Numbered from the stretch's first letter, positions 45,800 to 55,529 are shown. The stretch is 64,000 bases of DNA from Oscillospiraceae bacterium (GCA_036641735.1 JAVWEG010000001.1:4287-68286), one strand, 5' to 3'. The notes: generated by a model from the sequence alone, not told the origin. Translations and numbers: made by a program.

Positions 45800-48394
45800 T
45801 TACCGATTAATTATTAAATTATGATTTTGCTCATCTATAATATACTCTGTTCCGGGTGTAGGATTTTGCTCTAATATCGCTTTCGCAAGTAAAGTGTCTA
45901 CGTGGCTTTGTATATATCTTTTTAATGGGCGCGCGCCATACATTGGATCGTATCCCTCGTCCACAATAAAGCTTTTCGCGCTATCGGTGAGCCGTAAATG
46001 CAGCTCCTTTGCGTTCAATCGCTTTTGCAAAGCGGCTATTTGTAAGGTTACGATTTCGCTTATTTCTTCTTTGGAAAGGGGCTTGTAATACACTATTTCA
46101 TCTAGGCGATTAAGAAATTCGGGACGGAAAGTGGTTTTCAACAAGGCATTTACTTCTTCACGAGCGCTTTTTGTGATTTCACCGTTTTCTATGCCGTCCA
46201 AAAGATATTCACTGCCAAGATTAGATGTGAGTATTAATATGGTGTTTTTAAAATCTACAGTGCGCCCTGCACTGTCCGTAATGCGCCCGTCATCAAGCAC
46301 TTGCAATAAAATATTAAATACGTCAGGATGAGCTTTTTCTATCTCGTCAAACAGCACTACTGCGTATGGGTGGCGGCGAACAGCCTCTGTAAGCTGGCCG
46401 CCCTCCTCGTATCCCACATATCCCGGAGGCGCTCCAATAAGGCGAGATACGCTGAATTTTTCCATATATTCGCTCATATCTATACGGATAAGATTTTTTT
46501 CGTCATCGAACAAATTTTCGGCAAGCGCTTTGGCAAGCTCTGTTTTGCCCACACCTGTAGGGCCTAAAAATAAAAACGAACCTATTGGCTTTGTCTCGTC
46601 GCTAATGCCTGCGCGTGAGCGCATAATAGCTTCGCTCACTTTAGTTACAGCTTCGTTTTGCCCTATCACGCGTTTGTGCAGCTCGCTGTCTAAGTGCAGC
46701 AGCTTTTCGCGCTCGCTCTCAAGTAGCTTGTTCACAGGAATACCTGTCCATCGGCTGATAATACGTGATATTTCTTCGTCTGTTACTCTGTCGTGCAGCA
46801 AGGTGTTTTCTCTTGCATCCTCGGCAAGCTTTTCTTCGGCGGCAAGCTCTTTTTGTAAAGCAGGCAGCTTGCCATAGGTAAGCTCCGCCGCCTTGTCGAG
46901 ATTGTATTCTCGTTGAGCTTTTTCGATATCCGAATTTACTTGCTCTAATTGTGTACGTAGGCTTTGCACTTTAGATATCGCGTTCTTTTCGTTATCCCAT
47001 TTTGCACGCATTGCTTTAGATTGCTCGTTAATGGCGGCAAGCTCTTTTTCAAGCGCGGCAAGGCGCTCACGCGATAAATTATCTGTTTCTTTGGCAAGCG
47101 CCGTGCGCTCTATTTGCAGCTGCATACTGCGGCGCTCAAGGTCATCAAGCTCGGCAGGGCTGCTCTCAAGCTCTGTGCGTATCATTGCACAAGCTTCGTC
47201 CACAAGGTCTATAGCCTTATCGGGCAAAAAACGATCGGAAATATATCTATTGCTCAGTACGGCAGCAGATATCAGCGCCGCATCTTGTATTTTTACACCG
47301 TGAAACACCTCGTAGCGCTCCTTCAGTCCGCGCAATATGGAAATGGTATCCTCTACGCTCGGCTCCGATACAGTAACAGGCTGAAAACGTCTTTCAAGCG
47401 CCGCATCTTTTTCTATATACATACGGTACTCGTTTAGCGTGGTAGCGCCTATGCAGTGCAGCTCGCCGCGCGCAAGCATAGGCTTTAAAATATTGCCTGC
47501 ATCCATAGCGCCGTCTGCTTTGCCCGCGCCCACTATTGTGTGCAGCTCATCTATAAATAATATAATTTCACCATTCGATTTTTTTATCTCGCTGAGTACA
47601 CTTTTCAGCCGTTCTTCAAATTCGCCTCTGTATTTCGCACCGGCAACAAGCGCTCCCATATCAAGGCTGAATACTCGGCGGTTTTTAAGATTATTAGGCA
47701 CATCGCCGCGCACTATACGCGCGGCAAGCCCCTCGGCAATAGCTGTTTTGCCCACACCGGGTTCGCCGATTAAAACGGGGTTATTTTTGGTTTTACGCGT
47801 TAATATACGCACCACATTGCGTATTTCGGCATCGCGTCCTATCACAGGGTCCAGCTTTTGCTCGCGTGCAAGCTCTACTAAATCTTGTCCGTATTTTTTT
47901 AATACATCATAGGTGCTTTCGGGGCTGTCGTTTGTCACTCTTTGCGCTCCGCGCACCTCGGCAAGCACTTTTAAAAAGCTTTGCTTATCTATATGATACG
48001 GTTTTAAAATATCCTTTATTGCACTGTCGTTTATTTCAATAAGCCCCAGCATAATATGCTCTACCGACACATATTCGTCACGCATATTTGCAGCTTCTTT
48101 TTCGGCTGTATTAAGCGCCTTATCCGTATCGGCGGAAATATATATTTTATCCGCTTCACGCCCTTGTCCGCTTACGTGCGGCAGCGCCGATACTTTTTGC
48201 AGTGCCGCGCTTTGCATAGCATCAAGGTTAACAGAAAGCTTTTTCATAAGCTCGGGGATTAGCCCGTCATTTTGCGAGAGCAAGGCAGATAGCAAATGTA
48301 TCGGCTGCAATTGCTGATTTTCGTATTCAATAGCTAAGCTTTGCGCTGAATTTATCGCTTCCATAGATTTTTGTGTTAATTTATTACTGTTCAT
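45800..48394 (-). CDS. clpB: ATP-dependent chaperone ClpB
   Basis: 864 aa with a Clp_N domain, two AAA+ modules (GEPGVGKTA and GPTGVGKTE Walker A motifs) separated by a long coiled-coil M-domain. Confidence 0.97.
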   Translation of the reverse strand: MNSNKLTQKSMEAINSAQSLAIEYENQQLQPIHLLSALLSQNDGLIPELMKKLSVNLDAMQSAALQKVSALPHVSGQGREADKIYISADTDKALNTAEKEAANMRDEYVSVEHIMLGLIEINDSAIKDILKPYHIDKQSFLKVLAEVRGAQRVTNDSPESTYDVLKKYGQDLVELAREQKLDPVIGRDAEIRNVVRILTRKTKNNPVLIGEPGVGKTAIAEGLAARIVRGDVPNNLKNRRVFSLDMGALVAGAKYRGEFEERLKSVLSEIKKSNGEIILFIDELHTIVGAGKADGAMDAGNILKPMLARGELHCIGATTLNEYRMYIEKDAALERRFQPVTVSEPSVEDTISILRGLKERYEVFHGVKIQDAALISAAVLSNRYISDRFLPDKAIDLVDEACAMIRTELESSPAELDDLERRSMQLQIERTALAKETDNLSRERLAALEKELAAINEQSKAMRAKWDNEKNAISKVQSLRTQLEQVNSDIEKAQREYNLDKAAELTYGKLPALQKELAAEEKLAEDARENTLLHDRVTDEEISRIISRWTGIPVNKLLESEREKLLHLDSELHKRVIGQNEAVTKVSEAIMRSRAGISDETKPIGSFLFLGPTGVGKTELAKALAENLFDDEKNLIRIDMSEYMEKFSVSRLIGAPPGYVGYEEGGQLTEAVRRHPYAVVLFDEIEKAHPDVFNILLQVLDDGRITDSAGRTVDFKNTILILTSNLGSEYLLDGIENGEITKSAREEVNALLKTTFRPEFLNRLDEIVYYKPLSKEEISEIVTLQIAALQKRLNAKELHLRLTDSAKSFIVDEGYDPMYGARPLKRYIQSHVDTLLAKAILEQNPTPGTEYIIDEQNHNLIINR

Positions 48395-48436
48395 AATATA
48401 TCTCCTTTCGTAACATAAACATTACATAATATGGCT

Positions 48437-49063
48437 TTATAATTGTAAAATAGTATCATTTGCGCCAATTTGGTATATTTGCTTTGTACTTAATGCTGCA
48501 AATTCTGTGCTTGGTAATGCATCAAAATAAGCTTTCAATGCTTTGTCAAACAGGGAAATGTACTCACTTATCGCAAAGCCTGCCTGCTCGGCACTGCTTA
48601 TAGATTTGGGACAATTAAGATATCGCGTAAAGCGCCCATCGTCTATTTGCGATACGGCATATTCGCTCTCGCACGACAGCCATACAGAAAAGAAACGGTT
48701 TAGATGCGCTATTAATACGCTGTTTTGTGTGCGCAAGGATACGCGCAGGCGGCATAATTCTTCGCCGTCTGTCAGCTCTACAATATATCGCACAGACGGA
48801 TTGTACTTATATTGTATTGCACTGCGTGCCGCAAAATATGCATCGCCGCGCCCAAGACTTGCCAATTGCGAATGTTGTGACACAAAGCTTTCTAATATTG
48901 CAAATATATCGTCAATGCGCCCCTCGCGTGTAACAAGCCCTACCTTTTGCGCCAATATGCGATTAATCATATTAGAGCGGCTTGTATGCTCTGCAAAGCT
49001 TAATTTGTCGATAGCGCTTACTACCTCATCTTGCAGCACTATGCTATATACGGAGCTAGACAT
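48437..49063 (-). CDS. Uncharacterised protein with an N-terminal ribbon-helix-helix (CopG/Arc-like) motif and an unknown domain of about 160 aa
   Basis: YSIVLQDEVVSAIDKLSFAEHTSRSNMINRILAQKVG fits the beta-strand/helix/helix RHH pattern. The gene has a GAGGTG Shine-Dalgarno site and lies 42 nt upstream of clpB on the same strand with no terminator between them. Confidence 0.55.
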   Translation of the reverse strand: MSSSVYSIVLQDEVVSAIDKLSFAEHTSRSNMINRILAQKVGLVTREGRIDDIFAILESFVSQHSQLASLGRGDAYFAARSAIQYKYNPSVRYIVELTDGEELCRLRVSLRTQNSVLIAHLNRFFSVWLSCESEYAVSQIDDGRFTRYLNCPKSISSAEQAGFAISEYISLFDKALKAYFDALPSTEFAALSTKQIYQIGANDTILQL

Positions 49064-49087
49064 ATTGCACCTCGTTTCTTTTTAATA

Positions 49088-49116
49088 ATTGTACATCTGA
49101 TTATATACTTTGTCAA
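49088..49116 (-). promoter_or_regulatory. Near-consensus sigma-A promoter of the RHH-gene/clpB unit
   Basis: On the minus strand TTGACA - 17 nt - TACAAT. The -35 element overlaps one arm of the inverted repeat TACTTTGT (49106-49113) / ACAAAGTA (49138-49145). Confidence 0.6.
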
Positions 49117-49277
49117 GCATTTTATATAATGCGCCTTACAAAGTACAATACATCATTGCGAAAATTGCTTTTATACTGTATTATATATAACGTAGTAGCT
49201 TTACTTAAATTTGCATAATTTTTTAAAACAGGGTAAAAGCTGCGATAGGTTTAAATTGAAAGGCGTGTGTACTTGTA

Positions 49278-49994
49278 ATGCGTACTATTGTTTGGTTTAT
49301 ATATTTTTGGATATATCTTATTTGCCTTGTGCCGCGAATGATAAAAGCGCAAAAGCTTAAAGACAAAGGTGATGCAAGATATGAGGAGATAGTAAACAGT
49401 GCAGTACCGCGCTGGGCAAAGCGCCTTATGCGTTTGGCAGGGGCAGATGTTACAGTGAGCGGCATCGAAAATATTCCAAAGGACAAGGCTGTAATATATG
49501 TGTGCAATCATAACGGATATTTTGATATCCCTTTATTGCTTGCATATTTAGATAAGCCGCACGCGCTTGTGGCAAAAAAAGAAATCGGTAAATTACCGCT
49601 TATTCGCAATTGGATGCGATTGTTTGACTGTATTTTTATCGATAGAGAAAATCCGCGCCAATCTGTAGCAGGGCTTAACACGGCGGCGCAGCTGGTGGCG
49701 CAAGGTAAAAGCGTGGGTATTTTCCCCGAGGGTACACGCGCAAAGGGCAGAGAAATGGGCGAGTTTAAGGGCGGCGGATTTAAAATAGCCAGTAAAACTA
49801 AGGCGCAGATTGTGCCTGTAGCTATCAGCGGTACGCATCTTTTGATGGAAGCAAATAATTATTGGATACATCCTGCAAAGGTAACGATGACGATATTGCC
49901 GCCTGTGGAAACAAAAGACCTTACAAAGGAACAAATAAAAGAGCTGCCAAGTGTAATAAGGCAGCAGATATTAAATGCAAAAGATAACAAGTGA
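49278..49994 (+). CDS. plsC: 1-acyl-sn-glycerol-3-phosphate acyltransferase
   Basis: HX4D motif (CNHNGYFD), the FPEGTR motif and an N-terminal membrane anchor. Confidence 0.85.
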   Translation: MRTIVWFIYFWIYLICLVPRMIKAQKLKDKGDARYEEIVNSAVPRWAKRLMRLAGADVTVSGIENIPKDKAVIYVCNHNGYFDIPLLLAYLDKPHALVAKKEIGKLPLIRNWMRLFDCIFIDRENPRQSVAGLNTAAQLVAQGKSVGIFPEGTRAKGREMGEFKGGGFKIASKTKAQIVPVAISGTHLLMEANNYWIHPAKVTMTILPPVETKDLTKEQIKELPSVIRQQILNAKDNK

Positions 49995-50033
49995 ATAAGA
50001 GCTTGATGAGTATAAGGAAGAAAGGCGAATAAT

Positions 50034-50771
50034 ATGGCGAGCGCACGATATACAAGATATATTAGTAAAGAGGATAATAAAGAGCCTGAGCATCACGAGA
50101 TGACAAACGAAGAAAAATGGAGTAATTTTTGGTTTTATCATAAATGGCATATCGTTGCTATAATATGCGCAGCGGCAATGATAGGTATGTTTGTATATGA
50201 ACTTGTAACGCGAGTGCAATACGATTACACCATAGGGCTTATTACAGAACAAACGCTGCCATCGGGTACGGTAGAGGCGCTAAAGCTGGAGCTTGAACGC
50301 GTATGCGACGATTTTAATGGCAATGGTAAAGTGGATATAGATATAATGGAATATAATTTCTCTATATCGGGGGATAATATAATAGATCCAAATATGCACG
50401 CAGCCAATATCACACGGCTTATGGGCGATATTCAAACAGGGCAAAGTATGCTGTTTTTAACCGATAATGTTAAGGGTGTGCAGGAAGGACAGATGTTTTT
50501 AGCATATAATGACGGCACTACTCCAAAAACAGATGCAAAAATAGATTACAATAATATGGGGCGCAAATGGACGGACTGCCCATTGCTCAAAGAGCTTAAT
50601 TTAGGCTATGCCACCAATTTTGACGGTGAGCAAGGCGCTTTGATACAAGATATAATGAAAAGCTTTACACTTGTGAAGCGCGCGTATTACGATACTTCTA
50701 TAGAGCCAAAGGAAAAGCTTGCGCCATATTATAAAAGCTCAATGGCACTGTTTGACAAGCTGACGGAATAG
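50034..50771 (+). CDS. Uncharacterised single-pass membrane protein
   Basis: 245 aa with a charged N-terminus, one TM helix (WHIVAIICAAAMIGMFVY) and an outside domain of about 180 aa. I recognised no family. Confidence 0.55.
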   Translation: MASARYTRYISKEDNKEPEHHEMTNEEKWSNFWFYHKWHIVAIICAAAMIGMFVYELVTRVQYDYTIGLITEQTLPSGTVEALKLELERVCDDFNGNGKVDIDIMEYNFSISGDNIIDPNMHAANITRLMGDIQTGQSMLFLTDNVKGVQEGQMFLAYNDGTTPKTDAKIDYNNMGRKWTDCPLLKELNLGYATNFDGEQGALIQDIMKSFTLVKRAYYDTSIEPKEKLAPYYKSSMALFDKLTE

Positions 50772-50792
50772 CAAAAAATAAAAGGAGCAATA

Positions 50793-50960
50793 ATGGATTT
50801 TATATTAGTACTGATTATTGTTGCAGTAGCGGCGGCACTGGTATTGGGTATATTAGTGGTGGCGGCGGTGGGCGCATCACGTTCTAAAACAAAAGATAAA
50901 GAAAAAACACCCTCACAAAAGGTGCAAAACCCATATACTAAATATTACAATAAAAAATAA
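50793..50960 (+). CDS. 55-aa single-TM small protein with a Lys-rich tail
   Basis: Shine-Dalgarno site AAAAGGAG 7 nt upstream. The sequence is MDFILVLIIVAVAAALVLGILVVAAVGASRSKTKDKEKTPSQKVQNPYTKYYNKK and is followed directly by a strong terminator. It is below the ORF-track cutoff. Confidence 0.45.
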   Translation: MDFILVLIIVAVAAALVLGILVVAAVGASRSKTKDKEKTPSQKVQNPYTKYYNKK

Positions 50961-51004
50961 AACTTACGGACAAAATGAAAAACATTTTGTCCGTAAGTTT
51001 TTAT
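50961..51004. terminator. Bidirectional terminator
   Basis: 17-bp perfect stem AACTTACGGACAAAATG / CATTTTGTCCGTAAGTT with an A5 loop, followed by a T run. Confidence 0.8.
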
Positions 51005-51005
51005 A

Positions 51006-52670
51006 TTATATTATTCCATTATCCTCTATGCGCCATTTGGCATATGAGGCGCTTTGAAATCCCTCGCCGATTGTGTCCTTTGCTTTTTGCAGTAAATCAT
51101 AGTACGGCTGTAATTTATCTGCCGCAATATCGCCTTGCGCGTATTGGTCTACAGAATGGAAATATTGTTTTTGCAAGGCAAGATAGGTTTTAAAGCAATC
51201 AAGATGATATCTGCCGTGTTCATTTAAACGCACGAGCGATACGCTGTTTACGATATCCATTATTTCATTGTACCGCTTATCATATGAAGCTGCATTTTGA
51301 GCATCAAATATTTTATTGCGATGAGTAATATGGTCGGCAATATGTAATGATGCACGAGGTGGGCGGCTCCATAAAGCGGTGTCTTGTAGCTGATATACCG
51401 TTAGCCTAAGCGCTTTGGAAAGCGGCGCGGAGCAAGCATCCCACAAAGCGACAGCAAGCTCTGTTACTATTTCATCTATCGAAAAATCGGGGTGGTAATA
51501 TGCCTCGCTCATAATCGAAAAATTTAAAGATGCTGCCCACCAGCTGGAGATTGGCGCCCACAGCGATATCACTCCGTTACATTCGGCATTTGCGGCAGCA
51601 GATACCAGCTTTTTGCATTGCTCGGGCTGTATCCACACATTACTTACACCGTAAAAGCTGTCTGCCATATATTTATCAAGCAAAAACACATTTTGCTTTT
51701 TGTCGTCTTTATGCACCCAGAAAAATGCTTTGTCGGGAGCTGACAGTAACACGGCGGATTTTGGCGGAAGTATCGTATCGGTACAGGCTTTGGCATTTAC
51801 ACTGTGCAGCAAAACAATATCCTCGCGCACGGAATGTAAGCGGCTTTCAAGTAGCGCAAACGCACGGTTTGCTTTATCTATATCGGCGCTTATACCTGCC
51901 ATTTTATATTCAAATCCCAATGGCCCCACTGTTTTTATATAAGGCTTGTCTTTTATATAATTACAAATATCGTCAACATAGCTTTCAAACGATGCTTCGT
52001 CAAATGGCAATGAATTATCAGAAGCTGTACAAGGCTCTGCGCTCTTTGTACAGGGGATTGCGGAAAAGCCAAAAGCCATACAAATATCTATACCGCGGCA
52101 CATAAGATGAGGCAGTACAGTACTCTCTATTTCTTCCCAATGGATACTGTGTTCTTTAATACCATTTGAATTTATTTCGGGGGCAGTAACAAGCAAATTA
52201 TAGCAGTTTTTAGCCATAAAATCTACTGTGGCAAGCACGTCGGCAATATTGTCACGATTTATGCCGAGCAAGGCAATGCCTCGTTTTTCCACAAGAGGAT
52301 TTTCGGTATATACACCTGCGGGCAATGCCTTGCGGCGCACCGTAGGTATGTTTTGGCAAGATGCTTTAGAAAACCAAAACGAGCAGCCAAGCATACGCAG
52401 TACGTGATACACACCGTGCAGCACTCCGCGCCCTTGCCCTGAGGTGATACGCACATCAGTTTCGGTAATTACTATTTGATATCCGTCATAGCGCAGCATA
52501 GGCGATTGACGTAGTGACAATACAAAGCGCGCAGAGCCTTTTTTCTCCACAACATTAAGGCGCGCAAACATACGTGTAAGATACGCTTGTAGCTCTTCTT
52601 TGGCAAAATCCAAGCAAGCATCATTGCCGTTTGCAGTAATGGTAATATCTATGCCACAGGATAATTCCAT
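51006..52670 (-). CDS. Uncharacterised cytoplasmic protein whose N-terminus resembles the GH20b/GH67N (DUF4838-type) zincin-like domain; possible glycoside-hydrolase-like enzyme
   Basis: There is no signal peptide. The N-terminal pattern FAKEELQAYLTRMF...DGYQIVITETDVRITSGQGRGVLHGVYHVLRMLGCSFW is the motif I associate with DUF4838/hexosaminidase N-domains. I did not recognise the rest. Confidence 0.4.
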   Translation of the reverse strand: MELSCGIDITITANGNDACLDFAKEELQAYLTRMFARLNVVEKKGSARFVLSLRQSPMLRYDGYQIVITETDVRITSGQGRGVLHGVYHVLRMLGCSFWFSKASCQNIPTVRRKALPAGVYTENPLVEKRGIALLGINRDNIADVLATVDFMAKNCYNLLVTAPEINSNGIKEHSIHWEEIESTVLPHLMCRGIDICMAFGFSAIPCTKSAEPCTASDNSLPFDEASFESYVDDICNYIKDKPYIKTVGPLGFEYKMAGISADIDKANRAFALLESRLHSVREDIVLLHSVNAKACTDTILPPKSAVLLSAPDKAFFWVHKDDKKQNVFLLDKYMADSFYGVSNVWIQPEQCKKLVSAAANAECNGVISLWAPISSWWAASLNFSIMSEAYYHPDFSIDEIVTELAVALWDACSAPLSKALRLTVYQLQDTALWSRPPRASLHIADHITHRNKIFDAQNAASYDKRYNEIMDIVNSVSLVRLNEHGRYHLDCFKTYLALQKQYFHSVDQYAQGDIAADKLQPYYDLLQKAKDTIGEGFQSASYAKWRIEDNGII

Positions 52671-52799
52671 TTTGTTTCCTCCGTGAATATGTCAAGTAAA
52701 AATCTGTTTTATTTAAACATATTTTATATTCTGTATATCATTTTACACTGTTTGAATAGTAAATGGAAGAGCAAAAGTATGAATACGGAAAAACAATAG

Positions 52800-53972
52800 T
52801 TACAAGAGCGCTTTTGCAAGCGCCCGTGCAGAATACTTACCTGCCGCTTTAGCTTCGTCAAGAGTGTTTGCGTGTCCGCCTACTTCTATTAAAATACTGC
52901 CAAACGTCAAATCTTGATTATAGTATCGATAATCGAACAAAAGCGGACGCGCAAGCCCTTTATAATCCTCGCCCATTTCAGTCTGCCATAAGCTGGCAAA
53001 GCGCAGATTTTGCTTAAAATTAGGCAAATTGCCTTTTTTGTCCGCTCCGCAAATCAGCATTACCTGGGCGCATTTTTCACCGTCTATCTCGGCAATGGGC
53101 TTTATTCGCGTGCCATCATCTTTTTGTATAGCATCTCTATGTACGTCCAGTACTATTTTTATAGACGGATATTGCGCCAAATATTCGCGCACGGTTGCAT
53201 TGCTGCGAGCATAAGCACCGTTGTAGCTGGGATAATCGTGAAGCTTTGTATCGTGCAAGGTGTTTATGCCTGCTAATTCAAATTCTGTTTTCATCACTTC
53301 GCCCACAGCTACCATATTTACATTTTCGTCTGTACTGCGCGCTTGAAAGTCGGGCGAATACCATTCTTCGTCTGTAAGCTGAAAGGTTTCGGTAGTGTGA
53401 GTGTGCATAATTAATATTTGCGGCTGTGTGCTATTGCGCTCTATGCTAAAAGAAAGGGGCTTACCTATTTCTGCCGATATTTCTTCTCGAGACAAAGCGG
53501 TGCAATTTTTAATAGTGACAGTGCCGCACGGAATATATACCTTGCCTTCGCCCTGCTCGTAATGCGCTTGCACTATAGGCAAAGCACCGTTTGGCGGAGT
53601 GATAATGGGCAAAGGCGCGGTTTCCGCTTCGGTGGGCGGAACTGCCCAAAACCCCGAAGAATAATCGTCCTCATCAAAGGTTTGTGCAGCAGGCAAAGCC
53701 TCGGGCGGCTTTGTATTATTTTGCTCTAATAATTTTTGCTGTGCTTTTATAGCTATGGTAGGCGCTACCAGCATACCGCTGATTTGCGCTGCATATGCGG
53801 TAATAGGCATATGTGCCGAAGCTATAACCATAGCCGAAATGGTAATTGAAAGTAAAGCAAAAGCAGATACTATTCCGCCTAAATTTTGCCTTTTACGCAA
53901 AGCTATCATCTCCTTATATTGCAATGTGTTATTTACAATATATGATTTAAGAAGTGATGTAATGCAGCTCAC
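52800..53972 (-). CDS. spoIIP: Stage II sporulation protein P
   Basis: TM anchor, the ILIMHTHTTETF motif, the C-terminal IEVGGHANTLDEA motif and conserved gpr-spoIIP synteny. The first ATG overlaps gpr by 26 nt, so ATG 53909 (MIALRK) is an alternative start. Confidence 0.85.
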   Translation of the reverse strand: MSCITSLLKSYIVNNTLQYKEMIALRKRQNLGGIVSAFALLSITISAMVIASAHMPITAYAAQISGMLVAPTIAIKAQQKLLEQNNTKPPEALPAAQTFDEDDYSSGFWAVPPTEAETAPLPIITPPNGALPIVQAHYEQGEGKVYIPCGTVTIKNCTALSREEISAEIGKPLSFSIERNSTQPQILIMHTHTTETFQLTDEEWYSPDFQARSTDENVNMVAVGEVMKTEFELAGINTLHDTKLHDYPSYNGAYARSNATVREYLAQYPSIKIVLDVHRDAIQKDDGTRIKPIAEIDGEKCAQVMLICGADKKGNLPNFKQNLRFASLWQTEMGEDYKGLARPLLFDYRYYNQDLTFGSILIEVGGHANTLDEAKAAGKYSARALAKALL

Positions 53973-54732
53973 TGATACTTAGATTATTTTGCAGGGCTTT
54001 ATTTATGGCAAGAGCCAGCATTTCAGCTCCGCCTTGTGTGATGGCATCAATGCTTGTAGGTGTGAGCGCAGGCGCAGTATATCCGCTTTTATCCGTGTGC
54101 TTTTGCATTACTGTAGGTATGCCTACGGCAATAACAGGCACACCGAGCGCTTTTTCGCACAGCGCTTTACCATTGTGCGGCACAATGCCCGATGAAGATA
54201 TTTGCACGTTTGTGCCAAGCCGTTTTATGTCGGCAGTGCATAGGCTGTCTACGCAAATTATGGCGGCAAAATGCAGCCTTGCAATGAGCGCCTGTATAAG
54301 CTCAGGCAGCTCTATTCCTGTAGTGGCAGGTACACCGGGCGCTATTACAGACACACTGCGCAAAGGAATATCTGCACTTAGCAGCTTGCGCGTGGCAAGT
54401 ATACGCTCTGCCGTGGCAGGCCCAAGCGAATCCGCCACTACAGCACGATTACCCACCCCTATGGCAAGCACATTGCCTTGCTTTGGCAGTAAAGTGTATA
54501 TTTGCTGCGCTATGGCGGCGGCGCTTATTTGCCGTGTGGACAAAGAGGACGCGATTTGCGGAATTTCCAAAGTAATATAAGTGCCGCGCTCTCTGTTCAG
54601 CCCGTCACGCATTATTTCCACACGCGTAAGAGGTATTCCGCCGCATATGCTTTTGGAAATTTTTACACCTTTAGGGATATTTTTACACCTAGAACCATAA
54701 AGCTCTGCCGCAATATCAGTATAATAAAGCAT
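53947..54732 (-). CDS. gpr: GPR endopeptidase (spore germination protease), short form
   Basis: Collinear by eye with B. subtilis Gpr: YTDIAAE/RTDLAVE, GTYITLE/GRYLTLE, IGVGNRAVVADSLGP/VGLGNWNVTPDALGP, IAPGV..TTGIE, VQISSSGI/IQISDTGI and LGVPVIAVGIPTV. It is only 261 aa long. Confidence 0.85.
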   Translation of the reverse strand: MLYYTDIAAELYGSRCKNIPKGVKISKSICGGIPLTRVEIMRDGLNRERGTYITLEIPQIASSLSTRQISAAAIAQQIYTLLPKQGNVLAIGVGNRAVVADSLGPATAERILATRKLLSADIPLRSVSVIAPGVPATTGIELPELIQALIARLHFAAIICVDSLCTADIKRLGTNVQISSSGIVPHNGKALCEKALGVPVIAVGIPTVMQKHTDKSGYTAPALTPTSIDAITQGGAEMLALAINKALQNNLSISELHYITS

Positions 54733-54769
54733 AATTACTCCGATTCTTAAAACAAATTAAAAATAAAGC

Positions 54770-54798
54770 TTGCATTATCAATGCAAAGATGGTATTAT
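54770..54798 (+). promoter_or_regulatory. Candidate sigma-A promoter of rpsT
   Basis: TTGCAT - 17 nt - TATTAT, preceded by TGG (extended -10-like). Confidence 0.55.
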
Positions 54799-54834
54799 AA
54801 AGCGTACTGTTATAGGTAGCAAGGAGGTGGTATG

Positions 54835-55098
54835 ATGCCTAACATTAAGTCGCAAAAGGACAGAGTTATCCAAGCTCAAAAAGAAGAGCTGCATAACAAA
54901 GCCGTTAAGTCCAACCTGAAAACAGTCGTTAAGAAGGCAAACGCCGCCATAGTCTCCGGCGATGCTGACAAAAACGCTGTAGTAAACGCTGCATCTGTTG
55001 TAATAAACAAAGCAGTAAGCAAGGGTGTATTACACAAGAATACAGCCAGCCGCAAGATTTCACGTCTTGCAAAGCGCGCAAATAAAGCAAACGCATAA
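54835..55098 (+). CDS. rpsT: 30S ribosomal protein S20
   Basis: MPNIKSQKDRV... start and a basic helical protein. Two adjacent ATGs are present (54832 and 54835). Confidence 0.95.
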   Translation: MPNIKSQKDRVIQAQKEELHNKAVKSNLKTVVKKANAAIVSGDADKNAVVNAASVVINKAVSKGVLHKNTASRKISRLAKRANKANA

Positions 55099-55113
55099 TA
55101 TTTAACATAAGGG

Positions 55114-55142
55114 CGCTCATCTTTTAGATGAGCGTTTTTTTG
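55114..55142 (+). terminator. rpsT intrinsic terminator
   Basis: CGCTCATC / GATGAGCG stem with a 5-nt loop, followed by T7. Confidence 0.75.
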
Positions 55143-55172
55143 TTATATTAAAACAGGATTTTAATATGCGCT

Positions 55173-55529
55173 TTATGATTGGTCGCGGCTTTTACCGCAT
55201 AGCGCCGCGATAAATCCTGCTGTAAGCGAGGCGGATATACCTGCTGAAGCAGCACTAAAGCCACCTATAAACACCCCGAGCAATCCGTGCTTTGCCACTG
55301 CATCCGCCACTCCCTTTGCAAGTAAATGCCCAAAGCCGAGCAAAGGCACAGTAGCACCTGCCCCTGCAAATTTGCTAAGCGGCTCGTACAGCCCAAGCGC
55401 AGACAGCAAAACACCGCTCACTACATATATCACCAGTATGCGAGCAGGGGTAAGCTTAGTGTAGTCTATCAGTAGCTGCCCTATTACGCATAAAGCGCCG
55501 CCTACTAAAAACGCGTATAAATAATTCAT
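55173..55529 (-). CDS. spoVAE: Stage V sporulation protein AE (SpoVAEB-type)
   Basis: MNYLYAFLVGGALCVIGQLLID...GAGATVPLLGFGH is typical. I call ATG 55529 as the start because the GTG at 55538 lies in the Shine-Dalgarno site. Confidence 0.85.
   Translation of the reverse strand: MNYLYAFLVGGALCVIGQLLIDYTKLTPARILVIYVVSGVLLSALGLYEPLSKFAGAGATVPLLGFGHLLAKGVADAVAKHGLLGVFIGGFSAASAGISASLTAGFIAALCGKSRDQS

Noticed and set aside
54005-54580. 191-aa ORF antisense to gpr.
   Set aside because: It is a shadow ORF, because gpr is collinear with Bacillus GPR over its whole length.
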